A DNA stretch of 24,000 nt, taken from assembly GCA_028282595.1 (NCBI GenBank), contig JANQHQ010000036.1, forward strand, positions 50,553 through 74,552, in the 5' to 3' direction. The notes beneath the pieces are model-generated. The model did not search any database. It was given only the letters and a program-made list of their open reading frames with translations, and was not told the DNA's origin. Origin of the DNA: Chlorobium sp. (GTDB lineage Bacteria > Bacteroidota > Chlorobiia > Chlorobiales > Chlorobiaceae). Below, piece by piece: positions 8,445 through 15,600 of this stretch; within the stretch, counting starts at the first letter, position 1, and every line of letters starts with the position of its first letter. The translations under genes and the position numbers were made by a program.

Positions 8445-9680
8445 CTACTCAGAAAAAAGGTGAAACTTCTTACGCTCCATCGGACAACTGTCCACAGCGG
8501 CCTCGATACCGATTTCCGCAACCTTTATTTTTCCGGCAAACTTTTCATCTAAAAGTTTTAATGTATCCTGATATACACGCGAATATCGACAGCTTCGAGT
8601 ATGCGTATCCGTCACTAAATCAAATGAAACCTGATATGGCGCCAGCTCGCCAACAGCACGCAAATCGTGAAAATCGATCAGCTCATCATCCGATTTGATA
8701 TATTCAGAGAGCACTTGATGAAGCTCCTTAAACATTGGATGCGATCGATCTACCGGGTCAACATGTGCCACCGCTCTCCATCCAAGCTTCGTCTCCACCG
8801 CAGTTTCAGCCTTCTCTGCAAGTAAGTGCGCCGCATTAAGCGTCATCTTGGCATCCACCTCAATATGGAACGATACCATGCGTACCTCCCCATATTGATG
8901 CACCATGATTTCATGAACGCCCAAAACCTCGTCCAGCGTCTCTACCGTCTCATGGATTTTCACTATATCTTCAGGATCCGGACACACTCCAAGCAAAATA
9001 TCGATGGCTTCCCGCGCGTATTGAACTCCGGTAAAGAGAATAAAGGCCGAAACTCCAATTGCCGTCCATCCATCGAGAGAAGGAAACCCCATCTGGGCAC
9101 AGATCAACGCCACCACCACCAACAGCGTGCAAACTACATCATAGGTATGGTTCCAGGCATCCGCCTTAAGTACCTGCGATTTAGCCATCTTTGCCAGGTT
9201 GCGCGAAAAAACAGCCATCCAGACCTTCACTCCCACCGTAACGGCAACCACAACGAGGACCCAGAAAGGCGCTTCTATTTGTTTTGGATTCAGCAAACGC
9301 ATTACGCCCGACTTGGCCACCTCAAATCCAACTAACAGCAAAGCAAGAGACAATACCAATGTTGCCACCGCTTCAATGCGACCGTGTCCGAAAGGATGAT
9401 GTTCGTCCTGCGGTTTCCGAGACCAATGAAATCCCAAGGCAATAACCAAACTGCTTCCTACATCTGCCAAACTATTCGTGGCATCGGCGATCAGAGAAAT
9501 GCTGCCGGAAACGAATCCCACCCAGCCTTTGGCAACGGTCAGACAAAGGCTGGCCACAGTGCCAACCCATCCGGCTAACATACCGATTCTGGCGCGGTTT
9601 TCGCGACTGTCAGGATCCTGCATCGGATCCATATACCGCTTAACCAGCAACTTCATTACGGGACAAATCATAAAACTCAA
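8445..9680 (-). CDS. Cation diffusion facilitator (CzcD/FieF-like) metal transporter with a second C-terminal cytoplasmic domain
   Basis: 411 aa. Six hydrophobic segments. SLIADATNSLAD and HHPFGHGR motifs typical of CDFs. First cytoplasmic domain ends ...VAHVDP. An extra ~80-aa repeat of that domain follows. The true start may be an internal Met (residue 9 or 17). Confidence 0.85.
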   Translation of the reverse strand: MSFMICPVMKLLVKRYMDPMQDPDSRENRARIGMLAGWVGTVASLCLTVAKGWVGFVSGSISLIADATNSLADVGSSLVIALGFHWSRKPQDEHHPFGHGRIEAVATLVLSLALLLVGFEVAKSGVMRLLNPKQIEAPFWVLVVVAVTVGVKVWMAVFSRNLAKMAKSQVLKADAWNHTYDVVCTLLVVVALICAQMGFPSLDGWTAIGVSAFILFTGVQYAREAIDILLGVCPDPEDIVKIHETVETLDEVLGVHEIMVHQYGEVRMVSFHIEVDAKMTLNAAHLLAEKAETAVETKLGWRAVAHVDPVDRSHPMFKELHQVLSEYIKSDDELIDFHDLRAVGELAPYQVSFDLVTDTHTRSCRYSRVYQDTLKLLDEKFAGKIKVAEIGIEAAVDSCPMERKKFHLFSE

Positions 9681-9848
9681 ACAGTTCCGGATAAAAGAAT
9701 TCTCTAGCAGGATCAGACACTGATAAATAAATGAATTTTGTACCTGTCTGCTTGTATTATTTTCTTCAAAAAATATCTTGGATCAAGAAGAATAACCGAA
9801 AAAAGTGAAACAGAATACAAAGACAAAAAAAGACTTTTAAAGCCAATC

Positions 9849-9863
9849 AACAACGTCCCCTAG
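9849..9863. repeat. 15-bp direct repeat AACAACGTCCCCTAG, copy 2
   Basis: Exact match to 8411-8425. Lies 8 nt upstream of the vsr ATG. Confidence 0.7.
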
Positions 9864-9871
9864 TCCGAAAA

Positions 9872-10372
9872 ATGACTGATAAACTGACAGAAAAAAAACG
9901 TAGCTGGAATATGAGCCGTATACGCTCTATTCACACAAAGCCAGAAATATTATTGCGTTCATTACTGCACCGAATGGGTTTTCGTTTTCGTTTGTATAGC
10001 AAACATCTCCCTGGTCGTCCAGACATAGTACTGCCAAAATACAAGACAGCGATCTTCGTTCATGGATGTTTCTGGCACCAACATCCTGGCTGTAATGAAG
10101 CAACCCTCCCGAAGACAAACCAAGAGTATTGGAAATCAAAACTTGAAAGGAACGTTATACGGGACAAGAAACACCAGCAAGAACTGAGAAAAGCAGGTTG
10201 GCGAGTCCTGCAATTTTGGGAATGCCAGTTGGAAAAGGATCCCATTCGTATTGCTATGCTCGTATCACTTAAACTCCGGCGAAAGGAAGCAGAAAAAAGA
10301 ACCTATGCCTTCCCTTCACGGGAAAAGCTTCTCAAAATGGCTGAATCTCATGCGAATTATCGCAAGAAGTAA
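9872..10372 (+). CDS. vsr: Very-short-patch repair endonuclease
   Basis: 166 aa. SWNMSRIRSIHTKPE, GRPDIVLPKYKTAIFVHGCFWHQH and the following EYW pattern are diagnostic of Vsr. Confidence 0.9.
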   Translation: MTDKLTEKKRSWNMSRIRSIHTKPEILLRSLLHRMGFRFRLYSKHLPGRPDIVLPKYKTAIFVHGCFWHQHPGCNEATLPKTNQEYWKSKLERNVIRDKKHQQELRKAGWRVLQFWECQLEKDPIRIAMLVSLKLRRKEAEKRTYAFPSREKLLKMAESHANYRKK

Positions 10373-10382
10373 AGTATTACTG

Positions 10383-11444
10383 TTAAATGTTTTTCGAATT
10401 CCAGTCATATAATGTTTCACGAATAGCCTTGCCCAAGGCAGCACCGAGTTGCGGCGGAATCGCGTCTGAGACCTGACGGATTTGATCGCTGAGCGTGCCC
10501 AGCAACTCGTAGTCTTCAGGAAATCCTTGAAGTAGCATCGCTTCATAGACACTCAGCCTTCTATCGGCATTCGGGTGTACATGGATCTCCCGGTTTCCGT
10601 AGGCAACGGTCAAACTGGGCTTGTCCCATTGCAGAACACGAAACGACCTCCCCTGCTTGTGGCCATTTTTTAAAGACCCATCAGTGAATTTTCTGGAGCG
10701 AGGGGACATGGTCCAGTGGTTCGGATGGAACGCGATATCTTCCTTCTTCGTCCCCTGCTTAAAAAAAAGCGGTGCAGGTAAATCCTTCAATTTACTCGCA
10801 ACCGTAAGAGGTACTGTCGTCTCCGCTTCTGGAAACGTGAACTTGATATTGGGATACTTGACCTTGTTGAATCCAACAAGAAACACGCGGCGCCGGTGTT
10901 GGGCAACTCCAAAATGTGCGGCATCGAGTTCCTCCTCGAAAAGCTTGAATCCAGCACGGGAGAACAGCCTCTTGATTGTGTTGTACTCCTTTCGGTGCTT
11001 TGCAGACCTGATGCCTTTTACATTCTCGAAAATGAAAAAGTCGAGATCATATTCCTCATTGAGAACGCGAAGTATGCATGCATAGCGACGCGGCAAAGTG
11101 TGCCTTACGTCATCGCCGTTGAAATGCACGTTTCCACTAGAGAAGGTCTGGCATGGTGCACCACCGATCACGCCCCGCGGCTTAACTGAAACACATTTGA
11201 GCTGGTACAAATCTAGGATAGTAGAGGGATATGTGTGCGCAAGGTCCGCCACACGACACACCGTCTGCCCTCGATTGTGGTTGTAGCTTTTCGCCGCCAC
11301 TGGGTCTATGTCAAGGGCTAACTCTACAGAGAAACCAGCGGACGAGAAACCCAAATCGAAACCACCGCAGCCGGAAAAGAAGCTGATGACCGTTTTTAGC
11401 TGTGCTGTATTCTCCTTGATGTTATTCTGTATTTCTTCCTGCAT
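10383..11444 (-). CDS. DNA (cytosine-5)-methyltransferase
   Basis: 353 aa. Motif I FSGCGGFDLGF, motif IV GGAPCQTFS, motif VI FIFENVKG, motif VIII QRRRVFLVGF, then a variable region, then RRLSVYEAMLLQGFPEDY and a degenerate motif X (VSDAIPP). Confidence 0.9.
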   Translation of the reverse strand: MQEEIQNNIKENTAQLKTVISFFSGCGGFDLGFSSAGFSVELALDIDPVAAKSYNHNRGQTVCRVADLAHTYPSTILDLYQLKCVSVKPRGVIGGAPCQTFSSGNVHFNGDDVRHTLPRRYACILRVLNEEYDLDFFIFENVKGIRSAKHRKEYNTIKRLFSRAGFKLFEEELDAAHFGVAQHRRRVFLVGFNKVKYPNIKFTFPEAETTVPLTVASKLKDLPAPLFFKQGTKKEDIAFHPNHWTMSPRSRKFTDGSLKNGHKQGRSFRVLQWDKPSLTVAYGNREIHVHPNADRRLSVYEAMLLQGFPEDYELLGTLSDQIRQVSDAIPPQLGAALGKAIRETLYDWNSKNI

Positions 11445-11547
11445 AAATCCTCAGTTAGTCCTATAAATTACGGTGTTTTGGGTCTCAATGTAGTCACTGG
11501 AACGATAATCACGTTTTAGACCGTACATCGCCACACACGCTCCTATT

Positions 11548-11593
11548 GGCATACTGGTCAGTGACGGATGGGCATACTGGTCAGTGACGGATG
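11548..11593. repeat. Perfect 23-bp tandem duplication (GGCATACTGGTCAGTGACGGATG x2) spanning the nuclease stop codon
   Basis: Copy 1 is 11548-11570 and copy 2 is 11571-11593, identical at all 23 positions. The length is not a multiple of 3. Confidence 0.95.
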
Positions 11594-12637
11594 CCTATCT
11601 AAAGAATCTGTTACGCCACGGACAACAATGGATGATAGCGATGGCGAATCAGCCTGCCCAATTCGCAAACAGATCTTCCCGTTCCGCAAAGGAGTAAACT
11701 CCTCTAGGATCCCACGCACATCAGAGGGCCACTTTGCGTCAATGTCCATTTGACGAGCATCCCAATACGCGCTACATGCAGGTCTGAACAGGCATAGCCT
11801 GCAATGCTCGGGCAGGGCTACCGCGAGAACGGTAGTGTCCATGGTTCCGTCTTGCACGGCGTCAATTCGGTTGTTCGCAGCCCGCAGAAACTCCTTTGCC
11901 TCGTGAAGAAGGCGTTCGGCATGTTCTGGCTCAAAAACAACCTCTATAGGCTCACCTTGAAGCGGAATTACCTCCAATCTGACAGGCCAAGTATCCGTTC
12001 TTTGTCTGTAGAGGGCTGCGTAGAGTTGCATTTGAATTCTGTATGCCTGCTTGAGTTCACGGGAACACTTTTCTTGTCCCGACTCCAAAATGGCTCCGCT
12101 CTTGTAGTCACTGAGGACCACACCCTCAGTCGTCTCGCTTGCACGATCAATGAATCCGCCGAGCTCCCCCTCATCTGATTCTACCCAGAGCTCAAATTCT
12201 GTCGCACGACGGGATGGCTCGGGGAGCTTGCCAGAACCCCGGTGCGCGTCGCGGGCTATCTCCACAGCCCTACTGTATGTCCGCAGTCTACGAACCTGGA
12301 AATCTGGAATGCTCCGGCTCAGGGGTACCTGGTGTCTCCTTAGCGGGGAAAGCTCCATGCGTGCCTCCGCCTCCGAGACAAGAGCTTTCCATCTCTCATC
12401 GACTCCTTCATTGCCGACTCCTTCCAACTCGCCTCGACCTGCAGCCTCAAGAATCCGATGGGCGATGCTGCCAAGTTCTGCGTGCGGGGATGGCGGGAGG
12501 AGAGAGTCGTTGCCAGACGCAGTCCATACTTCTCGCAGCAAGCACGCTTGCATTGCCGTATAGCGAGACGGCGATACACGACGAAACCGCTTCATGGTTA
12601 GCCGCTCCAACAGTAGATTTGTGCCAGATTTCTCCAT
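11558..12637 (-). CDS. Cas4/RecB-like PD-(D/E)xK nuclease with four-Cys (Fe-S type) signature
   Basis: 359 aa. N-terminal Cys (MQACLLRE), GSIAHRILE, FELWVES, GGFIDRA, VLSDYKSG (D/ExK), QMQLYA (QxxxY) and C-terminal CRLCLFRPAC (CxxCx5C). The start ATG overlaps the helicase stop as TAATG (12635-12639). Confidence 0.8.
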   Translation of the reverse strand: MEKSGTNLLLERLTMKRFRRVSPSRYTAMQACLLREVWTASGNDSLLPPSPHAELGSIAHRILEAAGRGELEGVGNEGVDERWKALVSEAEARMELSPLRRHQVPLSRSIPDFQVRRLRTYSRAVEIARDAHRGSGKLPEPSRRATEFELWVESDEGELGGFIDRASETTEGVVLSDYKSGAILESGQEKCSRELKQAYRIQMQLYAALYRQRTDTWPVRLEVIPLQGEPIEVVFEPEHAERLLHEAKEFLRAANNRIDAVQDGTMDTTVLAVALPEHCRLCLFRPACSAYWDARQMDIDAKWPSDVRGILEEFTPLRNGKICLRIGQADSPSLSSIVVRGVTDSLDRHPSLTSMPIRH

Positions 12638-15600
12638 TATGTACCCAACCGCTGATATACCCAGCTCATCCGCCGGTGAAGATTAAACGTGTCGACTATA
12701 CAAACCGGGGCGTCTGCCCCAAGTGATGCCCGGGCTTCTGCGAGAATTCCATCAGGCTGCTCGGTATTCCAGAGGGGATGGGTCAGGATGACACTCTGGT
12801 CGGCAATGTTCCAGCCATGGAGGGGGCCGAATTCGGCAGGCTCACACGACTGGAACGACTGACAGAAAGTCGTACATAGCGAGCCAGAGAACTCTAACCA
12901 GCCAGTGAGCTCGGGCGACGAGAAATCGCCGTTTACACCACAAACGTATGCGGGATCTGCGAGTATACGCAGAATTGACATCCCCAGCCTCCAATCGAGA
13001 AGGCTGTGGTAGCTCATGTTTCGATAGAGGCATAGACAGTCGTAACAGGCCGATTGGCATGCGTTGGCATGTTCCGCAGAAAGCAGTTTCTCGATGAATG
13101 TGTCTTCGTCGTGTTCAGCCCCAGTGATTATGTCGAGCACTCGTCGCCAGTTGTCTTCCTGTGACAGCCAAGCCGTGAAACCAGCACCATTCTCAAGGTG
13201 GTCATTTACAATGACTTCGCCTGCGTGTGTTCCGTCATCAAGTTCGATGGCCCGCACGGTGCTGATGTCAATTTCCTCAGGGTCAATATCGAGGTCTTCC
13301 GCGACAACCGAGCGCAGAATGAATGCGGCTGAGTAATAGGCGGCCTTCACGGCGGCAGCCTGCCCCAGTTGGTTGCGCGGGATAAGATCGAGACACAGCG
13401 ACGGGTGCAACGAATGTGGGCGTATCCTGAGCACGTCCGTGACTTTTGGCGCTGCCAGAGCAAACGAGTCGGTCTGCGCGGTCTCTGCTGTGAAGAGCAC
13501 GTTGTCATCGCCCCGGATGTTCTGGTATCGCTCATCGATCCACTGGTGCGAGAGCGTGACTCCTCCACGGCTCCATCGAGCGGACCCAAGCCCACCAGTA
13601 AACAGTCGACCGGCGCGATCATTGATCCTGTAGACGTGTCCGCCAGACGTTGGAACAAGACCGGTGTTCGTGCTTGGGACGACCACAGGGGGGACATCGG
13701 TTTTTTCGGCCACGGAGCTCGTGCCACGCGGCAGGAATTCGTCATCTGCTTTCGCGTCCACTCCATGGCTGAATGACGTTCTAAACGCTGCGGGGATAAC
13801 AATTTCGAACACACGAAATGCATTCTCACCCTCACGGCTGTTTCCGCAATCGGGACAGCCTGCCATGTCAGGTTCGGCATTATAGGTGTCCACGAAATGA
13901 CAGAGGTCACATCGTGCCATCCACATGCGCCGGGGAAATGGGTTACCGGATACAGGATGCCAAGATGGATCGGGGAGAAGCGGACATGTAAAACCGATAG
14001 AGGTATAGACCCGTTTATCCTTTGTCTTCTGAGAGCCCGGCGCAAACTCCGTAATGGCAAGATCAAGATCACGGTCAATAGTCATGGCTTCTCGACGACG
14101 GAATCCGTGAAACAGCAACCTGACACGGGATGGCATCCCATACATGGGCAGAATTGCGCCTTCCGCAAGCCTTTCGGCCAGTCCTTCGCCGACGAGCTCT
14201 ACGCTGTTCGCACATTCTTGGACTTGTGCGAAAAGGTTTTCCCGGACGTACGTCACCATGTCGCCAACCGAGACCCCTTCTGTACTTGCCAGAATGGAAG
14301 CGACGACTTGGGGTACCTCCGGCGAAGCTGTGAGCCATTCCTCAACAGCCTGCCGCCGGTCGGGATTCCCGAGCCAATCAGCGACAGTGCCGAACTCGCC
14401 ATGGCTATCCGGCGGCGTTGGGCTGTCCCACCACCGAACGCCCGCTGCGCGGAACGCCTCCGACAAACAGGCTTTCGCTAAAAGGCGTTTGGCAATCTCT
14501 TCTCGCCTCATAGACAGAAAAGGAACAGGAGGCAAGTCGCCCGTGATCCGGCGGGGGCGGCTGTAGTAGAACTCGTCATGACTCCGGCCTCGACACAGCG
14601 TCAGCACCGCTGCAAATGCCTGACCACGCCTGCCCGCTCGGCCCACGCGCTGCTGGTAGTTGAATCGCATGGGCGGCATGTTTGCCAACACAACAGCCTG
14701 CAAATTGCCGATGTCCACACCGACTTCCATGGTGGTCGTAACGCTAAGCAGGTCAATCGAATCAACGAGAAGAATTGGCGGACGAGCTCTATCTGCTTCG
14801 GTTCGCACCACAACATCTCTAAAGCATCGCTGACGATCTGGTTGATCGTCCGTCTGAGCCGTCAATTCCTCGCAATGGAGCCGCAGGGGAGCGCGATGCT
14901 CAACGGCCTCGCTTGCGTAGTAGTTTTTGCTATGAAGGTCTTGGCACTGCGCATCCGGTTCACGGTTGATCTCACCGAGGCAACCAGTGCAGACCCCGGC
15001 TGCGCGGTGCATGTGGACACGCTGACAGGACGGACACACCCAGATTGGATCGTCTTGAAGCCCTAGCCTCACAAGCAGACGGTGCGCTTGCAGTTTCGCA
15101 CTCTCATGTCCACCTGCTTGGCAAATCGCATCCCACGTGCCTGCCAGAAGCGTTGACGCGTCCGCACCGTTCTGTGTGGCACAGGCTCGGATGTAGTTTC
15201 GGAGTCTTGCCCTTGCTGGGGGATCCCAATTCATCCAATCGTCAAGCCAGTCTGGAGCAGGCTGCCGTTCTTGATGGTAACGGTAGAGGTCGCCCATGAT
15301 TCGCACGCATCCGTGGCACAGGTCCCGAAAAGTATCCGGCGGCAGCCCAGCACGCCCTGCATGTTCTTCCCATACCTCGTCAGATAGATCAAGGCATGCG
15401 TACCCAAGCCCAGCCGACTCAAAGCCGAAGTAAAGGCGACTGAATAACACATTCATGATTTCCGTGCGAACCTTGCCGCGCACACGGTCTCTTCTCTCAA
15501 TCGCACTCTCCGGCAAACCATTGCGCCAGCATGCATCACTGTTTGTATAGTCAAAGAATTCAGTCCAGTGGTGATCTTCGCCTTCGAAATTGAACATTTG

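Noticed and set aside
8826-9723. Plus-strand ORFs 8826..9335, 9199..9399, 9384..9578 and 9478..9723
   Set aside because: They are antisense to the CDF transporter gene, which has clear TM segments and CDF motifs.
7403-9870. Integron-like cassette array (small unrelated genes separated by repeats)
   Set aside because: The repeats do not show attC architecture (no paired GTTRRRY/RYYYAAC cores or imperfect long palindrome). Only two copies are present, and no intI gene is in the window.
10621-11286. Plus-strand ORFs 10621..11085, 10896..11189 and 11098..11286
   Set aside because: They are antisense to the C5 methyltransferase, whose motifs I, IV, VI and VIII occur in order on the minus strand.
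11804-12726. Plus-strand ORFs 11804..12178, 12150..12563 and 12214..12726, and minus-strand 12340..12579
   Set aside because: They overlap the Cas4-like nuclease gene in other frames and give low-complexity Ser/Arg/Pro-rich translations.
13347-14078. 243-aa minus-strand ORF and many 60-190-aa ORFs on both strands inside 12.8-18.2 kb (for example 13897..14481 and 14578..15066)
   Set aside because: All are nested in alternative frames of the 1948-aa helicase ORF. That ORF carries ordered SF2 and DUF1998 motifs along its whole length.
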